A stretch of 64,000 nt of DNA from Bigelowiella natans CCMP2755 (Eukaryota > Protista > Cercozoa), in contig ADNK01000427.1 of assembly GCA_000320545.1 (NCBI GenBank), positions 1 through 64,000 of the forward strand. Direction: 5' to 3'. Under the pieces are notes generated by a model that saw nothing but the letters and a program-made list of their open reading frames with translations, did not search any database and was not told the DNA's origin. Below are positions 1-12,929 of this stretch, one piece after another; position 1 is the first letter of the stretch, and the number at the start of each line of letters is the position of its first letter. Made by a program: the position numbers and the translations under genes.

Positions 1-249
1 TCCATGAAATCAAAGAGACCGCCCGCTCCCACCCAATATGTTTTCATAGATGTTATTCTTATCGTTCGTCTTGAATGGCTTCTCGCATAGTTGCCAGCTG
101 TAGATATAATACTGTATGCACCCATTGGTTGTCTGTTGTTTTATATTCAGGTATATAAGCACTAGAAAAGAGATATCCGGGTATTCAGCACTCCGACAGG
201 GCCGTGTGTCGCTGCATACTCTCTTTTTTTTTGCTTATGAGAGACGAGG

Positions 250-250
250 A

Positions 251-299
<49 letters not shown>
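250..299. repeat. (GA)n microsatellite
   Basis: Direct reading; similar tracts at 4476-4512, 16275-16311, 24385-24412, 27621-27669, 48817-48876, 52888-52921. Confidence 0.95.
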
Positions 300-413
300 G
301 CCACTAAGTGTTACGACGAAAAGAATAGAATGTCACTACTACTCCAAAACGACCATTTCTGAATGAATTCCTATGCGTGATAATTGAGTGCAATGTTTTT
401 GTTTTCCATTCAG

Positions 414-866
414 GCATGGTCACCATACGATTCTTGTGTGTTTGCTTCAATCTCACGTGACTCGTGTCTCAAAGTGTGGGATCTTGCTACTTCTGCAATT
501 AACCCAGTTGTATCAGAAAGCGTGCCAACTTTTAAGCAAGAGACTAGCCCCGACATTACTGATCTAAACTCGAAAGCAGCAGTTTCTAATGCGGGTTCTC
601 CGGAAATGAGTCACGCTGGAAGTCCCGACCGCCCATCAAGTCCGTTGGAAGAAGAGAAGAAAGTACCGCCACCAAATCTGACTTGTGTAACATTTGCACC
701 AAATTCTCCAGTTATATTGGTGGGGGGTAATGACGGTGTGGTTCGTGTTTATCGACTGACCGGAGTGGAGGCTACCACTCAATCATCACCAGATGACCAT
801 GCACAGCAAGCAGAAAGGCTCCTTAAAACGCTCGGTCTCAACAATGACTCGCAGGCATTCAACTGA
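414..866 (+). CDS. 3' terminal exon of a WD40-repeat protein (dynein intermediate chain/WDR78-like); 5' part lies upstream
   Basis: Acceptor ttcag at 413, then AWSPYDSCVFASISRDSCLKVWDL...LTCVTFAPNSPVILVGGNDGVVRVYRL, typical of last WD repeats of axonemal dynein ICs. Confidence 0.7.
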   Translation, partial: AWSPYDSCVFASISRDSCLKVWDLATSAINPVVSESVPTFKQETSPDITDLNSKAAVSNAGSPEMSHAGSPDRPSSPLEEEKKVPPPNLTCVTFAPNSPVILVGGNDGVVRVYRLTGVEATTQSSPDDHAQQAERLLKTLGLNNDSQAFN

Positions 867-1486
867 GACTAATTGTAAGTTTGTTGAACCTGAACCAAAT
901 TGTAAAGCCCTTCAGAAGCTCCTTGCATCATCAATTTCTAGTAGCCGTTTTTATTTCAATAGTATTATGCGAAGAATGTCTAGATGCACGGTCGTTACCA
1001 TGGACATGCCAACAATTTATTCAAGCTATGCAGTGCACAGTCGCGCAATGACCGCCCATCTGCTTTCCGTGAGAGCGACGCTACATGTGAGTGGCTAAAT
1101 TAATAACCTCAGCACATTATTGCGTACAATTCAAATGTAAATGCTGCAGCTCAAGCCTAACAGTATGTATAGTAGCAGCGCATGTGTACATGTGTGCGAC
1201 GGCGCGAGCGAGAGCAAGTGACTTCTGCTGCCTGTCTAGCTGTGTAGCACATGCAGCACCATCTAGCCATGTGAGATGATGTGCCATGCTGTGAGCCGTT
1301 GTCACACAAGCAACAAGGAGCTTCTGGCAAGCGACATGTCAGCCATTCATCAACATCCAACACACAGAGTATCGTATGCTTATATACTGCATCTGACATG
1401 CTGATGTGGCGATCAAGTGGCCTACTATACATGTCATGTTGAGTTTGAACCAAGCAACGTATTAATCACAATGTTGCAATCGACTC

Positions 1487-4341
1487 TCAAGTTTTAGATT
1501 CACAGAATGAACTATCAGCTGTGTTCTTCACCACAATTCTTAGATTCTCTTTTATTCGTAGCATCGTTTGGGCCCAGTCTTTATCATCATTGCCTGATGA
1601 GGATGAGGTTTCTAAGGGCGGTGCTTGATCTTTTATGCTATTTTTTGTCTCAGATGTTGAAGGATGCTGTGTTTTTTCCACAGTGAGTTCCGTACTAGAA
1701 GAACGTCCCGCAATCGTAGAAGAAGTGCTCTCTGAATTGATCTGATGATGTGCTTTGGCCTCTTTCAATGCAATAGAAGTAGAAGGCATCGAGACAGCAT
1801 TTTGGTCTTGTTCCCCATTCATAGACTTTCCGTGGTGATGGGTCGCAAAAGAGGGTGGTTCAGCCACATGTGATGATCGATGAGTTGATTTCAAATCAAA
1901 AATTGCAATATTAGAATCTGGCTCCTTGGCCAACTTCTGCTGAAGATTCAGCAGTGACGATGCACTAGTAAGTGCCTCCTTTTTACCATCAACGGCATTA
2001 CTACTCTCTGGACTAGGAAGACCATGCACATTACTACTACCACTATTATCATGACCTTTCATTATCAAGTGCCGTATCGAAAGGTAGTGACGTTTCCACA
2101 TCTCCGACTCTCTCTGTAATTGCATGCATTGTTGTTCTTGTTGTATCTGTCGTTGGACGAGAGAACGAATTCTTTGCCGCAACCCATTTCCAATCATAAT
2201 TTCTAAGTTAGACATTGCTGATGATGATGTGGCAGATGTTGTTGTATCGTGATCTATACTATCTTGTTTCTCAGGATCAAATTCTAGTTCAAGTGCCTTG
2301 ATCTCGGAGCAAAAATCCATGTGCATACGTTTTTGGCCTTCAATAACCTGCATCTGGACATTCAGCTCGCGTTCGTATTGAGAAATCGTACTTCTTAGAG
2401 TTTTGCATTGATTCCTCAAATCACCATTTGCACTCTCCTTCTTATCCAAAGAAGTTCTCAGACTTTTATTTTCGAGAGCTTTGGTTTGAAACCTATATTG
2501 TATGCGCCTCAGGGTCGTTTCTATTTCCTCTGATAATTCTCCAACAGCAGAATCCTTAATTGCTTTCCACCTGCGCACACTCTGCTTGGGGAATTCAAGT
2601 CCTTCTAGAATTTTCACCAAGTCCCACAACTTCTTGGACACCTTCACGCCTTCTTCACTAATGAAATCAGCGCTGTTGCCTATTATCTCTCTCTGATGAC
2701 TCATATTGTTAGATTCGCCCTCGGCGTCTGCCGTGTAATTTTTATCACACAACAAAGTGTTTGCATCATGAGGACCATCTTGTTCATTTCGAGGTATTAT
2801 TATTTCCTTGGGCGATTTCTTCCACATCTTTCTTGATTTCAATGTGCCTCCTTTCTTTATTCCTAAATCTTCTGATTTTGCTTTGCTATTGAGATGATAC
2901 TCGATGGATGTTGTTGTTTTACCTGTTGTTCTTGTTTTATCTGTTGTTGTTGTTGTTGATCCACCGCTGGAAAAACGACGAAAATCACGGGTTACCTCGA
3001 ATAACCGACTACCAAACTCAATTGTCCCTTTCGTATTTGCAGCGTGGCACTTGAAGGGGGAAACACATATGAGGAATATACATACAGCATCTTTACCAAT
3101 GCAATCCTTTAACATATGTGTCACCTTCGAGTTACGGTAAGGAATGTGCTTGTCGCCTCTCTTGTAAAATGAAAGAACTGTCTCGATTGAGTTGAAACAT
3201 TTCGCAGCACACTGACGCTGGGCTAAGATGTTCTTTGTACGAACATTACGATGATAGTTTTCATTGAAATTCGTCTTATTGTTTGAAGAGGAAATATTGG
3301 GAAGGTTGGCGAGCTCAGAGCCACACAAATCTACAAATTTAAGACTTCCTAAGAATTTCCCAACCCATTGACCAATTCGCCTGGGACTACTAGCATAACC
3401 ATCAGCACTTTTATTAAGTAATGGTGATGATACTGATGGCCTTTTCTTAATGACCGACATTTGGTCAAGATGGAGTGTAAGAAAGATGTGGCCAGATCTT
3501 GATGTCTGTCGCGCCTTCCTTCCCAGAATCAATACTTTCTCTAAATCTTTTTGATTTTCAATTGAAAATTTGTAAGCCCCGACTATTCTGAGTTCTCCTT
3601 CGTCATCTTCTCTGAGTTTTAGTTCGGAATGTACTCCTGTGTCTTCTTCTGCAAGGATATCCGTGAGAGTCTCGTTATCTATCTGAACCAGTGTCAATGA
3701 AACCGAATACAGACATTGTGTTGTTCTCAGTTTTTGAGTAAGGACAAGAATGTTCTCAACCGCTCTTGAGATTAAACCTCGTGACTCCAAGGAGACTGGA
3801 CGGTGATTGGGTAGTCCCCAGAGATTGTAAGATTTACCGCATGCTGTTGGACCATAGCTCACAACAGCACCGTGTACACCTCGAAAAATTGAGGTAACTA
3901 TTGGACTAATTCTGGTAGGGTATATCTCACTATTTCCCGAAGAATTGGGAGCAGCGTCGGCAGCATAGATGTTGTCAAAGTGGTGTTTCTTAACAATGTG
4001 GGCCTTTTGCGTATTCAGTCTTGCCTCGTTAACATTCTTGACGGAGAGCAAAAGAGGATTCTTGAGGAGAACCAGTTTTGGAAGCAAAAATAAATTTACA
4101 AAATTTTCAGCTTTTATAGATTAGTGTGTGTGTGTGGGGCGGGGATTGTTTTGATTTTCAAGTATTACTTTGATATTTACAACTAATGCAGTATACGAAC
4201 GTGTATACTGAACAAATCCTTTTAATTTTCTACCTTCGAAACTAGAACAGATTTATCCGAGCATAATTTGAGTATTTTTGCTCCGCCACTAGTACTGCGA
4301 CTCGACTCATCTTCCGTAATCACAAGATCGACCTTGATCAT
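1487..4341 (-). CDS. Kinesin-like protein (N-terminal motor, coiled-coil tail), 2 exons
   Basis: P-loop GPTACGKSY, DLCGSE, HIPYRNSKVTHMLKD; first exon MIKVDLV...VSK with GT donor at 4233. Confidence 0.85.
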
Positions 4342-4458
4342 GTTTGAATGCGGTGTTGTTTCCGTAATTAATTCCGATTTATTCAACGGAATTAGGAAGT
4401 AGTTTGGACATTAGCTGATCGAGGGAAAAAGGAGGACGTAAGCATGAGGAGTGAAGCA

Positions 4459-4516
<58 letters not shown>

Positions 4517-4789
4517 GGACCTCCATGAACATCTCAGAGTCGTTGGTTACAGTTCTGAACTGATAATCCGGGATACCGGGATACCGGGAAATACGCCAAA
4601 ATTGTTGTTGTTATTGTTGGTAAGATTCTGATCTTGACCACCCCGTCTAGTCCTATAAACATGCTTCTGATTTTTGACTAGATCCACTTGAAGATCGATC
4701 GATCGAAGATTCAAATTACCGGGTTAACACATCTCCTTCTAAATAATCCCGCCTCCTCCCTCCCTGCTACAAACAAACAACTGCCTATC

Positions 4790-6675
4790 ATGATCCCAAG
4801 AAGCATACGTAACGTTGTAGCTAGGACCAACATTCGTGGGTTCCGGTCATGCAATCGCCGCATGGCGATTTACGGCAGCGTGACCGATTTGGTTGGCCAC
4901 ACTCCAGTAGTCAAAGTCAATAAAATGGCTCCGGAAGGCGTGAGCTTGTAATTCGATTCGATTACTCCGTGAGAATTTTTTGTAATCCTCCTTTTCACAT
5001 TGCAGATATGCCAAGTTGGAATATTTCAATCCTCTCTCCTCCGTGAAAGACCGCCTTGCTCTCGCGATTATCGAACACGGTATTCCAACATACACCATTT
5101 AATCGGTGGTTTTGGCTGAAGAAGTCTTTAGCTGATGATTCGAATGATGTTTAGGCGAGAAGACCGGTGAACTGAAACCCGGCCAAACAGTCGTTGAAGC
5201 CAGTAGCGGAAACACTGGGATTGCTCTTGCTATGGTATGTGCAGCAAAAGGCTATCCTTTTGTTTGTACTATGGCGGAAACTTTCTCAATCGAAAGGCGA
5301 AGAGTTATGCGTGGCTTAGGGGCAAAAGTAATTGTTACTCCAAAGGAACTAAAAGGAACAGGAATGGTCCTTAAAGCAAAGGAATTAGGTTGCGACATGT
5401 AGCCACGAATAGCCCAATGAAAACAACTAAGATATTATTTGATAACCATTAGCCGAAGAACATGGATGGTATCTCACGCGTCAATTTGAAAATGAAGCCA
5501 ACCCGGCATATCATGCCATGACCACAGGGCCAGAAATCCTGTCTGACTTCGCAAGCCTTCCGGTGATACACATCAACACATCATCGTTGTCACGCCGTAT
5601 CATCCAATCAAATTAATCACTACGCAGCTTGACTATTGGGTCACTGGATATGGTACGGGAGGGACTTTCACCGGGGCTGGCAAGGCATCTCCATTCAACA
5701 ATGCCATTGAATTATTGTCCATCACCTTCTTGCTTATTCTCTCAGGTTATTAAGCAAGCACGTCCTGATACAAAGATTGTCCTCTCCGAGCCGGCAAACG
5801 CTGCCCTGGTCTCGAGCAAAATTCCTCAGCCAGCTGATGAAAAGGTGTGTGTGTTCTCTTATCGTACAAAGTATTTTGACATTTTGACCATCATGAAATT
5901 ACTGTGCAACATACTCCAGGAATCTCATCCCTCATGGGAGCCGCACCCGATTCAAGGATGGACTCCTGACTTCATCCCTAAAGTTGCACAAGAAGGAGTA
6001 GACCTGAAAGTAGTAGTTAAACTTTTCACATTTTCATGTTGGAAAAGTATGATCTGATTGGTTTGTTTACCCCCTGTCTTAGTTGTTTGATGAAATTGTC
6101 CCGGTGACGGGAGAGGAAGCAATTTCTGTGTCAAAAGACCTAGCATCGAAGGAAGGAATCTTCACTGGAATCTCAGGAGGTATCATTAATATTTTACATC
6201 GTTAAAGTTGATCCTTTTGAAATAAATGCTGAACAAGATTTATAAATACCACAGGTGCCACTGCAGCAGCAGCTCTCAAAATTTGTGAAAAGGTATAAGT
6301 TATACTATTATTTTATTCTATAAATATAAAACATAGATTACTTAGATTCTAAATGACAAATGGTCTTCTTTTCTAGGCCCCAACAGGATCTGTCGTATTG
6401 TGCATGATTCCTGACACAGGGGAGCGCTACCTATCTTCCCCGTTATTCGCAGATGTTGGCATAGAGATGGACGAAGAGGAGGTTATACTAGTAGTAGTAG
6501 TAGTAGCATTCGCTGATGGTGATGGTGATGGTGATGGTGATGGTGATGGTGGCTGTGTTGTAGAGGTAGCACAAGTGATAGTTACAGGAACCTTATACAA
6601 TATAAGATTGAATTACCTTTGTTTTCTCAGCTCAAAATCGCAAAGTCAACTCCAAGTGCACAACTTCTTCCTTGA
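4790..6675 (+). CDS. cysK: Cysteine synthase / O-acetylserine(thiol)lyase, multi-exon, with short organellar presequence
   Basis: Spliced motifs [72 protein letters not shown]. Confidence 0.95.
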
Positions 6676-6867
6676 GAATAATCCCAAATTAAATTCATGC
6701 TCATGTGTATTCAATCTATACTTCATCACGAATAAATCGGCATAGGATGTAATGTGAATTTGAGAAGAAAAAAATCGAGTGAAAAGTGCGATTCTTCACG
6801 GTTAGAACGAAATATATTAATATAGTTCCTCCAATGATTACCATATTATGTCGCTATATACATATTT

Positions 6868-6901
<34 letters not shown>

Positions 6902-7720
6902 TTAGTGTATCTAGATTTGATCGCTAGATAGCTTGTGAAATATGGAATACAAGTGATGTGGCAGCTATATTCCAGGACCCTTTCGCTCGTCCACCGCACA
7001 TTGTGACATTTGTCTAGGTTGATGTAGCTTTTAGCTGCTAGTGATGACGCATCGCATGATGATGTGCTGCCGCACCACTTCATTGTTTCCTCTGATCATC
7101 TGAGGGAGTGCGAGTAGCAATCTAGCAATGCAAGCAGGTTCCAAATTGTATGACAGCAAGTGCGCCGGTGCAATGCAATGCTGTTGTCAACAGCGACGAA
7201 ATTGTACAAAATGGGCGATTTGCATGCACAGCATGACTGCGCAGCCATGAATAAATGATGTACATGGATGGACATGGGTCTATGCTAAACTTGCTTAGCT
7301 TGCGCAGACACAGCACACATGGACGTGTTTCACGTTTGGTTATACATGTTTTCGATCGAGCGTCGCATCGGCTATATCAATGTATGTACGACACGCCGCT
7401 AATTCGTATGTCGATTCTGTTGCATTGTGAGACGACATGCGGATCATATACACTGTTAGGTACTAGGCCATAGCATGTGCACCGATGCGCTCTCACACAT
7501 CATGTGCACGTGCTATAGGCTACCGAGAGATGATAGAAAAACGTAGCGGAGCGCTGAGACAGTATCGTAGCAGCAGCTCTGGTGGCGAGGATTACAAACA
7601 CGATGTGTACGATGCACAGCCTAAGCTATCGTTTAGTAGCCGAGATACATCTAAGAAAATACGTGTTCTTCCACCTAACAATTAGGCCGCCTTGTGTGTA
7701 TTCTGTTAAAAAAATTAATT

Positions 7721-8253
7721 TTAGAAAAGTGCTTCCTGAGCGCTAAATGAATTAGAAATTACCGTCTTGGTATTTGAATGTTTTGATCCCTCGTCGCTTG
7801 TTCTTCGATGATGATGTGCATAGGGATAATTCGGATTGTAGTAATTGTTGTAATATGGATATCCATAGCCTCCATAACCAGCCCCATATCCACCCCATCC
7901 CCAGCCACCCCATCCCGCTCCTCCATAAAAGTATGGATTATAAAAGTTCGCGTATGGCGAAGGCATCACATACACCGTTGGCGGCTTAGGATCAGCATGT
8001 GATTTCTCGACGGACTTGAACCGAACAGGCACAGTTTTATTCATTTTGGCCTGTGCCATTTTTTTGGTAGCTTTATTCGGGAGTCTATCGACAAGTTCAA
8101 CTTCTCCCTCGAACATACCGTGCAGGGAATTAATTGTTGCCTAGTATATTTCCAAGCATCAGTACTGTTTCTCATTATTTCTTAGATTCATACCTCTGGA
8201 GTTGCACAAACCATCCCAATAGAGACAATAGAGAGTAGGAACAAATTTTTCAT
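7721..8253 (-). CDS. Small secreted Gly/Tyr/Trp-rich protein, 2 exons
   Basis: Signal peptide MKNLFLLSIVSIGMVCA, one GT-AG intron, GGAGWGGWGWGGYGAGYGGYGYPYY segment. Confidence 0.7.
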
Positions 8254-8720
8254 GCCGTATCCCCAGTTCGTGGTCGTCACCATTGTTACGGTTCACTTTC
8301 TAGAGTGCAACAACGAGGGACTTTTTCAGTTCGAACAAGAATTCAAAATTTTCCGCAAAGAAAAATATATGAAAACGCTTTTTTAATAAAATTGCGTAAG
8401 GTAATATTTGATGTTTGATCTTTCGTTGATATTCCAGTGAACTTGCGTAATCTTTCATGTCTCAGGTAGAGAACCTAGGTGGACAGTTTCATTTCCGTTC
8501 CAGTTCTTCTCGTACCACCTGCAGTGTTTGCAATAAAACTGTGCTTTTTTTGAATTGCGACACGCTCTTTACAGCATTTAATAGGTCCGACAATAAGCGT
8601 GTCGTCTGACATCGCAACCTCTGCTCCGGGTTGCAGCTCCCCCATTAATCTTACACTCTTCATCTCATCGACTTACCCATCAGACTGCAGTAGAATTTGG
8701 GAACTCCGAAGAAGAGAGGA

Positions 8721-10493
8721 ATGCAAAAGGATTCAGAGGAAAAGGCGGTGAGCGAACCCACCATTGAGGTAAGCATTTAAGAATGTAGAAAGAAAATTTC
8801 CCACTGCACGCATTCAATCATGTGGAATGGTGGCGTGTGCATGTTCGATAGGAGCTTCGGGCACAAATTGATGCATTGCAAGGAGAAATCCAAAAATTAA
8901 GATCCACTGAAGCAAAAAAGTCTATCCTTGGTGGTGCCTCCAAAAATGCGAAACTGGCCACGAATTTCGTGAACCTGAAGGAAAGGTTGCCTTCCATCTA
9001 CGTGTAGGAAGAAATATGGGAGTATGAATATATTCAATGCAGGAAAACTTTGACGGGCCATTTCGGTAAGATATGCGCCATGCAATGGTCAAGAACCGGG
9101 AAAAATATCGTAAGGTAGACAAATTTGTTAACTTAATGTTCTTTCAAGAGAGAATGAACATTGAACCCATTCTCAGCGCCGCTCAAGACGGGAAATTGAT
9201 AATATGGAGCGCATTCTTTCAGCACAAGCTCTATGTCATCACATTGAATTCAACTTGGGTAACATTATTAGTTTCATCTAGTTTCTCGCTTAATAAATAC
9301 TCGTAAATTTAGGTAATGACTTGCGGGTACTCACCAGACGGACAGGTATACCACCCTTGAGAACACGTTGCGAATAACGAATGATAAAATATGGAATAAT
9401 GTATCAGCACGTTGCTAGTGGAGGATTGGACAATAACTGCACGATATACCGATTGGGAGACCAAAAATACCACCAAGTATCTCAGCTCCGCAGACATGAT
9501 GGATACTTGTCGACATGCAACTTCACAAGAAAAGACGAAGTAATCATTTATTCAAAGTGTCTTTTTCTTCTACTCAAGCAAGTCTCTGAATATGCTAAGG
9601 TTTTGACATCGTCTGGAGATAAAACATGCATTCTATGGGACTTAAAGGACACACCAAGAGTGAAATCACATGTACTAATTTACTCCTCATTTACATTTCA
9701 TGTGAGTAAGCCTAATGATTGTGCATAACAGTTCTATGGTCACAACGGGGATGTTGTTTCTACTTCCATTGATTCCACTGTAAGTTTCTCGTATGCTTGG
9801 CTCGATATACAGTCTTACGTTTTATGTCGTATTTTACAGAATCCGAATATGTTCGTATCCGGATCTTCGGATAAGACATCGAAGCTGTGGGACACTCGTA
9901 AAAAGGATGCAGTGATGACTTTCAGAGATTCCCAAGCGGACATTAGCTCTGTAGATTTCATGGCAGGTGCCAACGCGTTCATCTCCGGGTCTGAGGATGG
10001 AGTCACTAGGCTCTACGACTTGCGCACTTACAAGACAATGGCAAGGTGGAAAATGAGGTTGTTAATCAGAATAACGGGTTCACCAATTCTTTGCATCGCA
10101 GCTACATCGCGGACACTGCTGTTACTAGCCTTGGTTTTTCAAAGACTGGGAGATATTTTTTCGCTGGTGAGTGTAACTTCAGTACAATTTTCCGGGAGAT
10201 TAATGCCAATTGTTTCTTTCTTCCAGGGTATGACGACGAAGTTGCCAGAGTGTGGAGTACACTTGACACAGGCGAGACGCAGGATACTTCCTGTCAGCAA
10301 CTGAGTGGTATACTCATATCAATTTTTAATCTCCACCATTATCATTAAATTTACTGTAAATATTATGTCGATTATTTCAGGCCATTCAAATAGAGTCAGT
10401 TGTTTGGGTGTTGAACCTGAGGAGGGAAAAGCGTTATGTACTGGAGATTGGGGAACAGGACAAAGTGCGAAATTAGTGATATGGTCCACCTAA
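8721..10493 (+). CDS. GNB: Heterotrimeric G-protein beta subunit (WD40), multi-exon
   Basis: RKTLTGHFGKICAMQWS, SAAQDGKLIIW, STWVMTCGYSP, ASGGLDNNCTIY, LTSSGDKTCILWD, GHSNRVSCLGV. Confidence 0.95.
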
Positions 10494-11436
10494 AACTCCA
10501 GATGTCAGTCATTATGACAAACCTTTCACTTCCAAACGTTTCTATTTTTGTTGTTTCTACCGTATTAGATACAAAATGTGTTTAGAAGTCGCGATTTATG
10601 CTTCACTAAAATTTGACTTCTGACATTAAACTTGTGGGCCAATCGTGGATTTTTTTTTAATATAATGTTTATGATCTGTATTTGTCATGATGCTAATAGT
10701 AGTCACCCTAAAGAATCGTTCTGGCATTTCATGTTTATATCACCGATTTGTTCGTTATGCTGACACTTGCGCACTAGAAATAAAAGTCATATAGCAACGC
10801 ATGCATACATACAGTAGCCCTGACCCATCTAGCCATCTTGATGGCCATGCGACGCGACGCGGCTTATTCGCCAGGCTTGCAGCCGCGCTCTAATAACGTA
10901 GCTAGCTAGCACAAAACGCACACTGCTAGCTAGCTAGCTAGGTTGTTGGAGTTCAACTGCCTGGCGGCGGTGTGCGTGCAGCATGGACTAGTGGAACATA
11001 GTTAGCAAGTTAGTATCGGCACTACGCGGCAAGGACGCCAACAACCATGCCACCGCAGCGCACTTTTTCTTACACGCTACTAGCACTAGAGCACGGCAGG
11101 GCACGATCGATGCGTAGAATTTCGTCTTTGCATCGTTGGCATAGCATCCTACGGTTAATAATGATAATTTCAACCGCAGCTAAGCAAGCTTTACCGTATA
11201 ACCATGCCCAAAATATATACAAGCGTACACCACACAAAAACTGTGATTTTAAATTACGCCGATGTGATGGCTGAATTTCACTTTAGTCTGAATATGAATT
11301 AGCTGATGCAATACGCAATGCCGTGAGAGAAATTTAGGAACGATTTACTGTCACATCTAACATATCAACGTGTTCTGTTATTTTATCACATCATTAAATC
11401 TTATGATCTTAGGAGAAGAAGAGGGTTTCAATCACT

Positions 11437-12598
11437 TTATTGGAAACCAGTCCTCCTTATTCGCTTGCGTTGTCTTGGCGTGTTTCGTGGAGTCATCCTG
11501 CGACCAGCGACTTTGTAAAATCGCTTATAGTCCTCCGCCGAGACATACTTCTTTAATATTGTTAGGAATGTGCCGCCAGTACTCCGATTTCCTTTTCCGT
11601 CCTTGCGTTTCATGCCTCCATTTCGAAGACAATCAGCAGTCTCTTTGCAGATCTACAAAATATTCACTTTTTCACACTGATTGGAGATTAGGTAGAGTTT
11701 TATTTTACCTGCAATGATGTAGTGATGCCAATTTCCTTGACAACCAAGCTTATTAGCGCTGCTTTTGGTTCATTTAGTATTTTCACTAGCCTGTTCGCAA
11801 GAACGTGAGGATCTCTAGATCCCTTCAGATCCTCCAGTTGCATTGCTGAATCAAAGGGGGAATCCATCCCCCGAGAATTTTTACGTCTATTTGAGGAAAC
11901 CACTGGAGACGAGTTTGATTTCTCGAGATCAAACAATTTCTTGGGTGCCAAATCGTATTCTGACAATCATAAAGACTCAGCTAAATGATACTTTAAGAGT
12001 GTGTCGATTGTTTACCTTGTTTAAGATCCACGTAATCCGGGGTTTGCAATGTCTTTTTAGATCCCGAAGCTGCCTCGGCATACGATTTTTTATGCTGAGT
12101 GGGGGTCGGAGTAAAGTCAAGGTTCAATTGTCCTCTATTGGTTTTCGCGGTTGGAGTTTCCGGAGATGTTGAAGTTGGCAGAGAGGCGTAGGATTCCTTC
12201 AGCGGAGATTGTTGCATCTTACTTTCGCCCACTTTTAGAATCTCGAGTGCCTCCGCAATAGTATCTTCTAATTTTTTGGAGTCGCTTACAAGTTTCAATT
12301 GTTCATCGTCATCAAGTTCCAGCATCATCCCAACAAGTTTGCATGCTGTCTCAGGAAACCTCGATTGAATGTTCTCATACAGAATCTCTCCGATAGCCTG
12401 GCGACGCTCATCATCCTCGATTCCTTCAAGATGTTCGAGGACTTTGCCAGAATTTGATGCAGGGGCAGGAGCAATAGAATTGATCATTTTCGACAGCGCA
12501 GATCTCTTCGTTTGGTTTTTGGGGCTTTCCCGAAGGCGGAGAGGAGGGACAGGTTTTATTTGAGGTAGATTTGGAAGCGATTTTGAGTTACCCTTCAT
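11437..12598 (-). CDS. Protein with MLLE (PABC) domain plus PHAX RNA-binding domain, 3 exons
   Basis: MLLE: RRQAIGEILYENIQSRFPETACKLVGMMLEL. PHAX-RBD across introns 11960-12015 and 11653-11708: LANRLVKILNEPKAALISLVVKEIG...ETADCLRNGGMKRKDGKGNRSTGGTFLTILKK. Confidence 0.75.
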
Positions 12599-12929
12599 GT
12601 CGTAAGCAGGAAAAAGATGGCATTGTATGAAAGGTTTCCGAAACAGTGTCCCGCCAGACATGTTGCGATTTCCTGTTTCTTTGAAATTATTTATTTTTCG
12701 TCCTGGAAAATAATGATGTCGCACACGAAGAATCCAATAATCACCATCGTGCGCAACAATGCGAAGTGTTTTAAGAGAAAAATGGACATTCAAGAGCAAA
12801 ATTGCATCAACCATGAAAAAAGACCTGTATTTGAAGGGATTTTACGAGCAGAACAAGTAGAACTCTATGAAATGGCCGCTAATCCTCAATCTTTACATCA
12901 CGTGCAGTTATTATTCGTAGTAGTGCACG

